DNA of 45,657 nt from an uncultured Candidatus Saccharibacteria bacterium (GTDB lineage Bacteria > Patescibacteriota > Andersenbacteria > UBA10190 > CAIZMI01), in contig CAZVRG010000004.1 in NCBI GenBank assembly GCA_964630025.1, positions 1-45,657 of the forward strand, in the 5' to 3' direction. Positions 18,088 through 29,009 of the stretch are shown one piece after another. Made by a program: the position numbers and the translations under genes. The notes below the pieces were generated by a model that made no database searches, was not told the DNA's origin, and was given only the letters and a program-made list of their open reading frames with translations. Position 1 is the stretch's first letter, and the number at the start of each line of letters is the position of its first letter.

Positions 18088-18399
18088 ATGAGTCCGGACG
18101 AACTGAAGTTCCAGACGGAAAGTGGAGAGCTGACGCTGCAGAATATCCGGCAGAAACGCCGTGGCTCGACTGGTGGACTGGAGGAAGGACGCCTCTATGA
18201 ACTTGTCCACGCAAGTTTCTGCAGGAGTGATGGTCTCAGCGGCAGAGAGGACGATACTGGCCATGCGAATGTCGTGCTTCGTTGCCCGCACACTGGAAAT
18301 CTTTTTCTGATTGTCCCTACCGTGGAGCTTGATCAGGGCGCGGATGGCGATGAGTACCTGTGGGAGGGATTACACTGCGCACCGCTCCAATCGGCATAG
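18088..18399 (+). CDS. Hypothetical protein (103 aa)
   Basis: ATG 18088 is preceded by AGAGGG. The ORF track starts at GTG 18061. No motif was recognised. Confidence 0.4.
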   Translation: MSPDELKFQTESGELTLQNIRQKRRGSTGGLEEGRLYELVHASFCRSDGLSGREDDTGHANVVLRCPHTGNLFLIVPTVELDQGADGDEYLWEGLHCAPLQSA

Positions 18400-18433
18400 C
18401 GCTTTGTACAGCCGTTGGCGATGCCAGCGGCTG

Positions 18434-20047
18434 TTATTCGTGAACGCGGAAAATCATCGCGCGACTGATTTTCCCGTTCTGCTGCGGGAATGAAAAGGTC
18501 TGTGCCACACGAATATGGTCGAGAAAACGCGTGTCTGACAGCACAGGAAATACCTCACTCTCCGTGCCGCGGATAACGATGTATCGCGCGTCCCATTTTT
18601 GGAGCTCCTCCCACTGCTCGCTGCTGTCGGGCGTGTTGAGATGCGTCTCCGCAAAGACCGCGCGTCCCTCGTCTTTTTCGCCGAACAATGCGAGCACGAT
18701 GCTGGAGCGGTGCTCAAAGGCAATTGTTCCAGGGAGTGTTTTCGCTGCTTGGATTGCTTGGTAGTATGCGTAATCCGTTCCGAGATTTTTTTGATAGACT
18801 TCGCGAGCCTCTGCCGCGGTATGCCGCGTCCAGGACCCCGTCGCAAGAAGGATGAGCGCGAGTCCCAGTACTGCGGGGATTGTCTGTTTCAATACTGGCC
18901 ATCGGCTCAACATGCGACGAAACACTCTTCCGGATTCCTCAACACCAGCGGCGACAAGCAAAAAGAACAGCGGATAGAGGACAATGAGGAAGCGTTGTCG
19001 CACGCCCCACCACGCGATCGGCACCGCGAGCGTGAGGAAGAGCAGAACAAGCGGGAGAGAAACCGACACGCGTTTGCGCAGCAGAAAGATGATGCCTGCG
19101 AGCAGGAATAGACTGGGAAGTTCTTTCGGGTCTGTGACCAGCGAGCGCAGGCGCGCGGGCCATGTTGTGGCCGCGAGCGTCGCAACGTCATGCAGAACAC
19201 GGCGCGGTTCTTTCCATACGCGATCAAAACCCACGCTCTTCCAGAGTTCTCCGTAGTTGCGGAAAAACTCCTTGGCGCTCGTGACACCGAATGGCGTTGC
19301 TTCGGCGTCGGCAAAATATTCTACTGGCAAGAGCGGCCTCCCGACGGAGGTAAACAGGATCAGGAACGGCAGCCAACATGCGACCAACGCAAGGAGTGCC
19401 GGGAGCAGGAGGCGTCGGGGTTTCCAGAAGAACGCCGCGAGAAATGGGAAGAGCACGACGAGAAATGCACCCTCAAATCGTGTCAGTGATGTGAGCGCAA
19501 ACAGCGCTCCCGTGAGGACTGCTCCTCGGCGCGACCGCGTGTGAAGAAAGGCAAGGAGTGCGCCCAGCATCAGGGCAATAAACGTCGTGTCGGCATAGCC
19601 GCGTACGGATTGAAAGAGAAATGGCGCCACGGCCTGAAACGGCGCGAGGCCGATCACCAATGCAAACGATGAGATTCCCATCGTTCGCCCGAGCGCGTAT
19701 ACCAGGGCAACAGACACAAGGGAAGCGCCCAGAGCAATCACGAATGCTGCGTGTTCCCAGTCAACAAACGTATGCGCCAGGGCAATGAGCATCGGATACA
19801 TCGGTAACCGTTTCTCTGCAACCGGATAGGACCCTTTGAGGAGTTCTTGCGCAATGAGAATGAAGTTGTATGTATCGCCGCCGGGGAAGGCTTTCCACCA
19901 CTGGAGGAACGCGATGCGATGGACAACGGTAAGGACGAGAAGCGCGACGAGACCCCAGTGTGCACGGAAAAAATTGACAACTCGTGCGATCGGATCTGCG
20001 AAACGGGAGTGAAGAAAAGAATCGTTATGCACAGGAGAACGTATCAC
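18434..20047 (-). CDS. Polytopic membrane glycosyltransferase-like protein (ArnT/PMT_2, GT39/GT83-like)
   Basis: 537 aa with ~11 hydrophobic segments in the first ~400 aa and a soluble C-terminal domain. The N-terminal loop FPGGDTYNFILIAQ resembles this family. The call rests on architecture only. Confidence 0.55.
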   Translation of the reverse strand: MIRSPVHNDSFLHSRFADPIARVVNFFRAHWGLVALLVLTVVHRIAFLQWWKAFPGGDTYNFILIAQELLKGSYPVAEKRLPMYPMLIALAHTFVDWEHAAFVIALGASLVSVALVYALGRTMGISSFALVIGLAPFQAVAPFLFQSVRGYADTTFIALMLGALLAFLHTRSRRGAVLTGALFALTSLTRFEGAFLVVLFPFLAAFFWKPRRLLLPALLALVACWLPFLILFTSVGRPLLPVEYFADAEATPFGVTSAKEFFRNYGELWKSVGFDRVWKEPRRVLHDVATLAATTWPARLRSLVTDPKELPSLFLLAGIIFLLRKRVSVSLPLVLLFLTLAVPIAWWGVRQRFLIVLYPLFFLLVAAGVEESGRVFRRMLSRWPVLKQTIPAVLGLALILLATGSWTRHTAAEAREVYQKNLGTDYAYYQAIQAAKTLPGTIAFEHRSSIVLALFGEKDEGRAVFAETHLNTPDSSEQWEELQKWDARYIVIRGTESEVFPVLSDTRFLDHIRVAQTFSFPQQNGKISRAMIFRVHE

Positions 20048-20082
20048 CGTAACATGGCGCTGTGCGTGCGCGGTTCCGGGTA

Positions 20083-20140
20083 TCCCCGTTAGAAACGTTC
20101 CGCAGAAAGAACGTGCAGTCAGTTTCTACCGGGGTATACT
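20083..20140. repeat. CCCCGTTAGAAAC inverted repeat, copy 2, ending in TATACT
   Basis: TCCCCGTTAGAAAC ... GTTTCTACCGGGGTATACT with a 25-nt spacer. TATACT lies at 20135-20140, 9 nt before ATG 20150. Confidence 0.8.
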
Positions 20141-20149
20141 GGCAACGAT

Positions 20150-21067
20150 ATGGAGAAAAGCATCCGTCCTCGGGTTGCGATTGTTCACGGTCGTGACCGT
20201 CGTGAGAATATCCGTCAGGCACAAGCACTGCTCGGCGATGCGTATATCGATCGTCTGAAGAGTGCTCGCCAGATCTTCATTCACCCGAACCTTGTCTCTG
20301 ACACGAATCAGCTCGCGAGTACGCATGTGGAGGCTGTCCGTGCCATTCTCGACGTGATTTCGCTGCATCGCGGTGACACGGTGCGCATCGGAGATGCGAG
20401 CTATCACAGCACGAAAAAAGCGTTTGAACGCTTCGACTACGCATCACTGCAACGGAGCGGCAATGCGCAGCTTCTTGATCTGAACGATGACGAAACACTT
20501 GAGACGTGTACCTACGATCGCGAGCTGCGTCGTCAACCGGTGCCGGCAAGCAAAACAGTTCTTTCATCCGACTGTATCCTTCTCGTCGTTCCGCCAAAGA
20601 TGCACAGTTATTACACCGTGACGTTGAGTCTCAAAACCCACGTGGTCGGCAGTATGGTCGTCCCGAAAAGTCCGTTCGGGATTCATGCGCGCTGGCCGCA
20701 CGTGCACAGCGGCTACTCCGCGGCGCATCGCACGCTCGCCGATTGGTACCAAGAGCATCCCGCACACGCCGCGTTCATTGACGGCCGTGAGGCGATGGAA
20801 GGGAATGGACCAACGTCCGGAACGAAGGTGGAACTCAATTGGGCGGTTGCGTCTCTCGATCCCGTTGCAGCGGATGCGGTTGCGGCGTGGCTGATGGGCT
20901 TTGCACCGGACGACATCGGCTATCTCGTGTTTCTTCGCGAGGCGGGATGGACTATTGATCCGGATGCGATGGAGATTGTTGGCGAGCCGCACTGGCGGGA
21001 ATTGCGCCAGGAGCTTGCACGTCCCGAGACGTGGCCGGAGATTGCAGAATGGAACACACACGCATGA
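20150..21067 (+). CDS. DUF362 domain protein
   Basis: IFIHPNLVS near the N-terminus and IDGREAMEGNGPTSG...ASLDPVAADAVAAWLMGF match the DUF362 pattern as recalled. Confidence 0.7.
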   Translation: MEKSIRPRVAIVHGRDRRENIRQAQALLGDAYIDRLKSARQIFIHPNLVSDTNQLASTHVEAVRAILDVISLHRGDTVRIGDASYHSTKKAFERFDYASLQRSGNAQLLDLNDDETLETCTYDRELRRQPVPASKTVLSSDCILLVVPPKMHSYYTVTLSLKTHVVGSMVVPKSPFGIHARWPHVHSGYSAAHRTLADWYQEHPAHAAFIDGREAMEGNGPTSGTKVELNWAVASLDPVAADAVAAWLMGFAPDDIGYLVFLREAGWTIDPDAMEIVGEPHWRELRQELARPETWPEIAEWNTHA

Positions 21068-22260
21068 CGCTTCGTCTCTGGGAACGTTTTCAATTGTTCG
21101 TCCTACCGATGGTTGTTATCGCGATCTTTGCGTTTGCTGGCTCTGCAGCCTGGCGGCTGCAGACCGCACCCCGTACTGCGCCGCAGGATCTCGTTTCCCT
21201 TGAGGGCTGCTTCACGCATACCGAGTTTACCGAACGCATTCGTTGTTATCGTCCCATGCTGGAACACCACCTTGATATGCACGGGCCGCGCGCCGTGCTC
21301 GCCGCACTGGATCGTCTGCAAGAGCAGCGCACGCAGTTTCGCGCCGAATGCCATACCATGGCCCATATCTTGGGCCGCTATTGGATCGCCAGTGGGAAAT
21401 TGCTTGCCGACGGGTTTCGTGAGGGAACGAATATCTGTCATTCAGGATTTTTCCACGGCATGGCGGAACGTGTGTTTCAAGGAGAGGACGCGTCTCTTGA
21501 TGAACCGGCGCATCTTTCTCCGGAAGAGCTTCGTGCGCGCATCGCGACCGTCTGCACAGATGAAGCATTGCGCACCCCGAGCCGCAACATGCGGTTTCAG
21601 TGTCTGCACGGGCTCGGGCACGCAGCCGTCTTTTCTCTGTCGTACGATCTCCTGCTCGCACTGGAGATGTGCGACGTGTTACCCACAGAGTGGGATCAAA
21701 GTTCCTGCGCGGGCGGGGCATTTATGGAAAACATCACGGGCATGGAGCGCGACCGGCGCATGCTGCGCGCGGGAGATCCGCACTATCCCTGCTCTATTGT
21801 TCCAAGCCGCCATCGCAAATCCTGCTACGGCATGCAAACAAGCTGGATGCTGGAATCAGGGATGAACTGGGATGCGATCATCGATGAATGCCGAACAGCG
21901 GGAGATGTTCGCCTCGCGTGTTCCCAAAGTTTCGGTCGTGACGTCAGTCCGCGCGTGCGCGAAAAAGGTCCCACGGAGTTCGTGTCTCTCTGCACACAAC
22001 TGCAGCCGGATGAGCGTTCTCCCTGTATTCGCGGAGCAGTATATGCGCTCGCCGATCACACGTGGGACGGCCGCTACGCCTTTCCGTTCTGTGCGGCGTT
22101 TCCAGATGGTGCTCTCGGTCACGCGTGCTTCACGGAGGCGCAGCGGCATCTGTTGTACTCTCTCGAACAGACACGCGCTGCGACGGAACAGGGCTGTGCC
22201 GCTCTTGGCACAGGACGCGAAGCATGCCTGCAGTCCCTGCAAACTCTTGCGTCCTCGTAA
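21064..22260 (+). CDS. Membrane-anchored Cys/His-rich repeat protein, function unknown
   Basis: One N-terminal TM, then about eight helix-like units each carrying a Cys followed by small or aromatic residues (ECHTMAHILGRY, ICHSGFFHGM, QCLHGLGHAAV, SCAGGAFMEN, SCYGMQTSW, ACSQSFGRD, PCIRGAVYAL, HACFTEAQRH). ATG 21064 overlaps the upstream TGA. Confidence 0.6.
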   Translation: MTLRLWERFQLFVLPMVVIAIFAFAGSAAWRLQTAPRTAPQDLVSLEGCFTHTEFTERIRCYRPMLEHHLDMHGPRAVLAALDRLQEQRTQFRAECHTMAHILGRYWIASGKLLADGFREGTNICHSGFFHGMAERVFQGEDASLDEPAHLSPEELRARIATVCTDEALRTPSRNMRFQCLHGLGHAAVFSLSYDLLLALEMCDVLPTEWDQSSCAGGAFMENITGMERDRRMLRAGDPHYPCSIVPSRHRKSCYGMQTSWMLESGMNWDAIIDECRTAGDVRLACSQSFGRDVSPRVREKGPTEFVSLCTQLQPDERSPCIRGAVYALADHTWDGRYAFPFCAAFPDGALGHACFTEAQRHLLYSLEQTRAATEQGCAALGTGREACLQSLQTLASS

Positions 22261-22262
22261 GC

Positions 22263-22811
22263 ATGCCATATCCTACTTCTCGCCAGCTGCGATTCCCCCT
22301 CGATCAGTACGCGGCGAACGGGCGCGCATTTTTGGAGGAAGCCATACTTGGCGGGAAGCCATGGGGGCGACATCTTGGTGAAGATGCGTTGGTGGATGCC
22401 GGAACGCCTGTGCTCGCGATTGGCGACGGCGAGGTTATCTACGCGGCGCTCCACGCAAGTTGGTGGCGTCGGCGTGGAAACTGGGGACACGTGGTGATTC
22501 TTGGACATACCCATGCGCAGGACGGTCAGCCGTTTTATTCAGTGTACGGCCATCTGGGCGAGTATCGCGTAACGCCGGGAATTTCTGTGCGAGGTGGGGA
22601 AACGCTCGGGACCGTAGGCAATGGCCGCACGCGCGCCAACGGCTGGTGGCCGGAGCCGCATCTGCACTTCGCCATGTATCGCGGCCCGTGGGAGGGGAAA
22701 ATCCTTCCCGGCTACCTCCGAGAGAACGACGAGCGCACAAAGCGCGAGTATTGGGTGAACCCGTCGGAGTTTGTGCGGGGGTATCCGAATCAGGGGAAGG
22801 TTGCGTCGTAG
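22263..22811 (+). CDS. M23 family metallopeptidase
   Basis: HLGEDALVDAGTPVLAIGDGEV, GHVVILGH, YSVYGHLGE, and the HxH motif PHLHFAMY. The start was set just after the upstream stop. Confidence 0.8.
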   Translation: MPYPTSRQLRFPLDQYAANGRAFLEEAILGGKPWGRHLGEDALVDAGTPVLAIGDGEVIYAALHASWWRRRGNWGHVVILGHTHAQDGQPFYSVYGHLGEYRVTPGISVRGGETLGTVGNGRTRANGWWPEPHLHFAMYRGPWEGKILPGYLRENDERTKREYWVNPSEFVRGYPNQGKVAS

Positions 22812-22834
22812 AAGCATTCTCGCTAGGGTAGAGG

Positions 22835-22861
22835 CGCTAACCGGTGGTTAGTGTTCTTTTC
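22835..22861 (+). terminator. Rho-independent terminator
   Basis: CGCTAACC-GGT-GGTTAGTG followed by TTCTTTTC. Confidence 0.7.
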
Positions 22862-22881
22862 TATCACACGGAGAACCCCCT

Positions 22882-23880
22882 ATGACGCCGCAAGAGATTG
22901 GGCATGCTTTCCATGCAGAAAGTGGATCCTATGCCGTAGGAATCCCGACTATTGATGTTCCTGTCTTCCAAACGGAAAAGACAGGAACTCGCTACCTCAA
23001 AGCGCCGGGTGTCACCATCCTGGCGTATACCGTCAATAACCGAGAATCTCTCAGGGGCTTTCTTGAGGGGTTTGACCCGGATCTCGAGTTCCGTGAGTAC
23101 CTGAACGATGCGTACCGATGGACAGTCGGTGACATGGTGGAGACAGCGGAGGGGAAAACGTTTCAACCCGATCCTTCCTGTGAAACCCAGGTCATTCCAG
23201 ACTCCGCCCAGCTCATCAAGATCGCGGGGCAGCTCTGCTACATGAGTTTCGGGCCCGATCGCACACGGAACGCCGAGACGCGGAAGTACATGCACAACAT
23301 CATCGCCTCCGGCCACGGCTCCGTGCTCGAGCACCCCAACGTCACGCTGCTGCTCTACGGTATCTCTCGCAGTCTCACACACGAGCTCGTTCGTCACCGC
23401 GCGGGCATGGCGTTCTCGCAACTTAGTCAGCGGTACGTGGACGGGTCACGTCTGCGCTTCGTGGAGCGACCGGAGTACCAGACCGATCCAGAACTCCATG
23501 CGAAGTTCGAGGAAGAGATCGATCGCCAAGCGGCACTGTACGAAGACACTGCGCAGACGCTTCTCCAGCGGCAGGAATCCGGTACGGGGATCCTCAGCGG
23601 AGAAAAGAAACGTGATCGCCGCAAGAAGGTGAACCAAGCGGCTCGCTCCGTCCTCGGGAATCACGCGGAGGCACCGATCGTGGTGACCGGAAATCTGCGC
23701 TCTTGGCGGCATGTCTTCAACATGCGCACATCAGAGCATGCTGAAGTCGAAATTCGTCGCGCAATGTATCGGGCGTTTCTCTGCCTCGCGATGCTCGATC
23801 CAATCACCTTCGGCGATTTCGAGATCGTGGAGTTCGCGGATGGTACAAAAGGAGTGAAAACGCCCTACCCAAAAGTGTAA
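22882..23880 (+). CDS. thyX: FAD-dependent thymidylate synthase ThyX (long form)
   Basis: ThyX signature RHRAGMAFSQLSQRY (RHRxxSxxxxSxR), preceded by SGHGSVLEH. Confidence 0.9.
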   Translation: MTPQEIGHAFHAESGSYAVGIPTIDVPVFQTEKTGTRYLKAPGVTILAYTVNNRESLRGFLEGFDPDLEFREYLNDAYRWTVGDMVETAEGKTFQPDPSCETQVIPDSAQLIKIAGQLCYMSFGPDRTRNAETRKYMHNIIASGHGSVLEHPNVTLLLYGISRSLTHELVRHRAGMAFSQLSQRYVDGSRLRFVERPEYQTDPELHAKFEEEIDRQAALYEDTAQTLLQRQESGTGILSGEKKRDRRKKVNQAARSVLGNHAEAPIVVTGNLRSWRHVFNMRTSEHAEVEIRRAMYRAFLCLAMLDPITFGDFEIVEFADGTKGVKTPYPKV

Positions 23881-23887
23881 TGTCCGA

Positions 23888-23924
23888 CAGAGGTTTGACA
23901 GACCAAACCTCTGTTTTCTCTTTC
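23888..23924 (+). terminator. Rho-independent terminator
   Basis: CAGAGGTTTG-ACAGAC-CAAACCTCTG followed by TTTTCTCTTTC. Confidence 0.85.
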
Positions 23925-23974
23925 TGCCTCTGTACCTTCGTTGTCTCTCCACGGTACGCTAGAGAAATCGTCGC

Positions 23975-24370
23975 ATGACACTCCGCTCTTCGCTTGCCGT
24001 GTTTGGGGTTGGCACCACGTTTGCGTGGGCGGCATTTCTTCTTATTTTCTTTCTGGTGCCGCCGGAGACCGCGGGCACGCTCGGCGAAGTCTTTTTCTTT
24101 TCCGCGTTATTCTTGGCGTTTGTCGGCACGCTGACCATGCTTGGCGTTCTGGGACGCTGGCGGATGAGCCGGCTGCTTCCTGCACTGCACATCGGTCCGG
24201 CCTTCCGGCAAGGCATGTTTCTTTCCATTGCCGCGGTGGGCATGCTGCTGCTTCAGCGCTTCCGCGTGCTGCGCTGGTGGAATATTGCGCTGTTGGTCGT
24301 GATGCTGGTCGTGCTGGATTTTCTCCTTGCGCGTCGCGAGCCAAAAGGCGATGATGGTTCGTCCACCTGA
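23975..24370 (+). CDS. Small integral membrane protein (4 predicted TM), hypothetical
   Basis: 131 aa, strongly hydrophobic. A TACGCT -10-like box lies 14 nt upstream of the ATG. Confidence 0.6.
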   Translation: MTLRSSLAVFGVGTTFAWAAFLLIFFLVPPETAGTLGEVFFFSALFLAFVGTLTMLGVLGRWRMSRLLPALHIGPAFRQGMFLSIAAVGMLLLQRFRVLRWWNIALLVVMLVVLDFLLARREPKGDDGSST

Positions 24371-24376
24371 TACCCT

Positions 24377-25510
24377 ATGCCACGCATTCTTCAGATCGCA
24401 GACCCAGAAGAAGCCAAGGCAGTAGAGCAATTGGCGGTGCGCAGCGACTTCGAGGCACAACGCATTCGTCGTCTGTTAGACATGCCGGATCTTTCGCGAA
24501 CGCCGGGAAGCCCGCTCAGTGAAATCGTGAGTCGCGCCCTCGCAGTCAAAAGCGTAGAAGATTTTGATGTTATCAACATTCCTGAAATTGTTCCCACCCG
24601 CGTCCTTTTTGATCTTTTCAATATGCCGCCCGGTCATCCAGCTCGCAGCGCATCAGACACCTATTATATCAATGACGATTACGTGCTCCGCACTCATGAC
24701 ACGGTGTTCTGGTACTACTATTTGAACCACCCGATGATTAAAAAAAGGATAGAGAATAAGGAGACATTGGGCGCTGTCTGCTACGGAAAGGTGTACCGGA
24801 AAGATGAGATCGACAGAATGCACATGAATGTGTTCCATCAGTTCGGCGGATTGTACATCGCACCGGATGAGAAAAAAACCATCTCTCCAGACGACCTGAA
24901 GAATACCCTTTCTGAAATCGCACGCAGTATTTTTGGTGATGTACGCTTCCGTTTCTATGAGCATACCTTTCCGTATACCGATCCCAGCTACGAAATGGAG
25001 GCAGAAATCAACGGTCGATGGATAGAGATGCTCGGTTCCGGCATGGCCAGGAAAAGCGTGCTGGCGAATTTCGGCTTAACCGGCTATCACGGTTGGGCGT
25101 TCGGATTTGGTCTGGAACGTCTGGCAATCGCTTCCATGTCGCTTCCAGATATTCGGTTACTGTGGAGCGAGGACGAACGAGTCAAAAAGCAGCTGAAGCT
25201 TGGGAACGCATACCGGGAAGTGAGCAAGTTCCCTCCGGTCACCCGTGACATTTCGTTCATTGTCGGCAAGGATTTTGTGCCGAACGATTACTTCGACCTT
25301 ATTCGCGATATCGGCGGCGACCTCGTGGAAGAGGTGGCACTCCTCGACACATACGAGGACGCGGAAAAGTTCGGTGCGGACAAGGTGAGTTACACGTTCC
25401 GGGTCGTCTATCGGTCATTCGAGCGAACGCTCACCAATGAAGAAGTAGATGCCATTCACAAAAGACTCGAGGAGCAAACCGTGGCACGATTTTCCGCCGC
25501 GATTCGGTAA
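24377..25510 (+). CDS. pheS: Single-chain phenylalanyl-tRNA synthetase: PheS-type catalytic core fused to a C-terminal FDX-ACB anticodon-binding domain (mitochondrial-type architecture)
   Basis: Class II core GHPARSASDTYYI, GKVYRKDEIDRMHMNVFHQ, FPYTDPSYEMEA, GWAFGFGLERLA and PDIRLLWSEDERV. The C-terminus is KFPPVTRDISFIV...DYFDLIRDIGGDLVEEVALLDTY...YTFRVVYRSFERTLTNEEVDAIH. Confidence 0.9.
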   Translation: MPRILQIADPEEAKAVEQLAVRSDFEAQRIRRLLDMPDLSRTPGSPLSEIVSRALAVKSVEDFDVINIPEIVPTRVLFDLFNMPPGHPARSASDTYYINDDYVLRTHDTVFWYYYLNHPMIKKRIENKETLGAVCYGKVYRKDEIDRMHMNVFHQFGGLYIAPDEKKTISPDDLKNTLSEIARSIFGDVRFRFYEHTFPYTDPSYEMEAEINGRWIEMLGSGMARKSVLANFGLTGYHGWAFGFGLERLAIASMSLPDIRLLWSEDERVKKQLKLGNAYREVSKFPPVTRDISFIVGKDFVPNDYFDLIRDIGGDLVEEVALLDTYEDAEKFGADKVSYTFRVVYRSFERTLTNEEVDAIHKRLEEQTVARFSAAIR

Positions 25511-25545
25511 CAAAAGAAATCCGCACCTCGAAACGAGTGTGCGGA
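25508..25545 (-). terminator. Terminator for the minus-strand gene, in a convergent gap
   Basis: On the minus strand, ATCCGCAC-ACTCGTTTCGAG-GTGCGGAT is followed by TTCTTTTGTT. Confidence 0.7.
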
Positions 25546-25556
25546 TGAGTGCAGGA

Positions 25557-26132
25557 CTACACGCGCAGTTTCAATCGTGGTCGTGGCGGTGGGTTTCCTT
25601 TCCGTATCTCGGCGGCGATAGCGCTGAGGCGCTCGTCACCTCCGACGAAGCATCCCCAACCCGGGACGAACAGTTGCTGCTTGCTGCGGCGATTCACCAT
25701 GCTTGTCGCCCGAAGCGCGCTTCGCGTGTAGAGCGCGAGAGAGTGCTGCGTTGTGATCGCATCGTGGTTGCGCGCATTGCAGCAACAAAGAATCAGGAGA
25801 CGCACTTTGCCGTCAAGCGTGTTGACCCAGGTTTGTAGTCGCGTATCCAGCGGAGCATCAGCGCCAAACCGCCACTCCCCGTTTTCTCGGCCACCGTGTG
25901 CTAGCAGTATGGTAATTCCGCGGAGGAGAGGAGCACGTGCTGACCACGCGTGGTACACGCTGTAGACGCCGCGATTCTTCATGATTATTGCTAGCACGTC
26001 GTTCGTAAACAGTTCGTCAGGTCGCCAACCCACTGCACGTTCTTGGGGGAAGTAGGGGGCTGTGAGTGGATGCGTTTCGTCAAATCCATGACCGAGGAAA
26101 AGGCGGTCCGGTCCAAAGCATAACTCGAGCAT
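25557..26132 (-). CDS. Hypothetical protein with a possible caspase/CHAT-like His-Cys dyad
   Basis: SD AAAGGAG lies 7 nt upstream. ITILLAHGG and, ~38 aa later, VRLLILCCCNA each follow a hydrophobic strand. Confidence 0.6.
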   Translation of the reverse strand: MLELCFGPDRLFLGHGFDETHPLTAPYFPQERAVGWRPDELFTNDVLAIIMKNRGVYSVYHAWSARAPLLRGITILLAHGGRENGEWRFGADAPLDTRLQTWVNTLDGKVRLLILCCCNARNHDAITTQHSLALYTRSALRATSMVNRRSKQQLFVPGWGCFVGGDERLSAIAAEIRKGNPPPRPRLKLRV

Positions 26133-26253
26133 CGCGAGCTCCTTTGCAGAATAGGATCACATGTGTAACGAACAGCTGTATGGGCAGTGTAGCTGCTCTT
26201 GAGGGCACACGCCACTATAGGTACGTACTGGAAACAAAGGCGAAAATAGGCTC

Positions 26254-28508
<2,255 letters not shown>

Positions 28509-28516
28509 CGCGGCGT

Positions 28517-28585
28517 GTCATCCTGAGGACAACGTCCGAAGGATCTTGGTACGCTTCGAGATGCTTCGTGTGCGTTCAGTATGAC
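28517..28585. repeat. GTCATCCTGAGG-type palindrome after gyrB
   Basis: GTCATCCTGAGGACAACGTCCGAAGGATCT pairs with GAGATGCTTCGTGTGCGTTCAGTATGAC. Confidence 0.8.
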
Positions 28586-28720
28586 AACATGATTGAAAAA
28601 TGAGGCGAGCGATCCTGTCGGTACAGGAGCAGGTTGACGGCGTTTGTAGCTATCCGGTATACTCCCGGCTGTGGTGCCTCTCGGCCCCGCTTTTTAAATC
28701 ACGAACCTTTCTTTTCATTC

Positions 28721-28933
28721 ATGGTTTTGTCCGCACTGAAGGCCTTTCGCCTTCCGTCGCTGCTCGGCTTCACCCGTGAGGTCCGGCAGGAACTTAAAGG
28801 TGTGCAATGGCCGAGTCGCGAGACGACGGTGCGTTTTACCGTGCTCGTCATCGGCGTATCGGCAGTTGTCGGCATTGCAACGAGCCTTCTTGATGCTCTC
28901 CTCACGCTTGGGGTTGAACAGATTCTTCCGTAG
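28721..28933 (+). CDS. secE: Preprotein translocase subunit SecE
   Basis: 70 aa with FTREVRQELKGVQWPSRETTVRFTVLVIGVSAVVG, a single TM. It sits upstream of nusG as is usual. Confidence 0.8.
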   Translation: MVLSALKAFRLPSLLGFTREVRQELKGVQWPSRETTVRFTVLVIGVSAVVGIATSLLDALLTLGVEQILP

Positions 28934-29002
28934 CTTCTAGCTTGTAGCTTGTAGGCGGTCATAACGCACGTTCCTATAAACTAGAAGCTATAACCTAGAA
29001 CC
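28931..29002. repeat. Heptamer-arm hairpin H4 (fills the secE-nusG gap)
   Basis: Left arm TAGCTTC TAGCTTG TAGCTTG TAGG, core CGGTCATAACGCACGTT, right arm CCTATAA ACTAGAA GCTATAA CCTAGAA. It starts on the secE stop codon and ends 8 nt before the nusG ATG. Confidence 0.8.
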
Positions 29003-29009
29003 TCACCAA

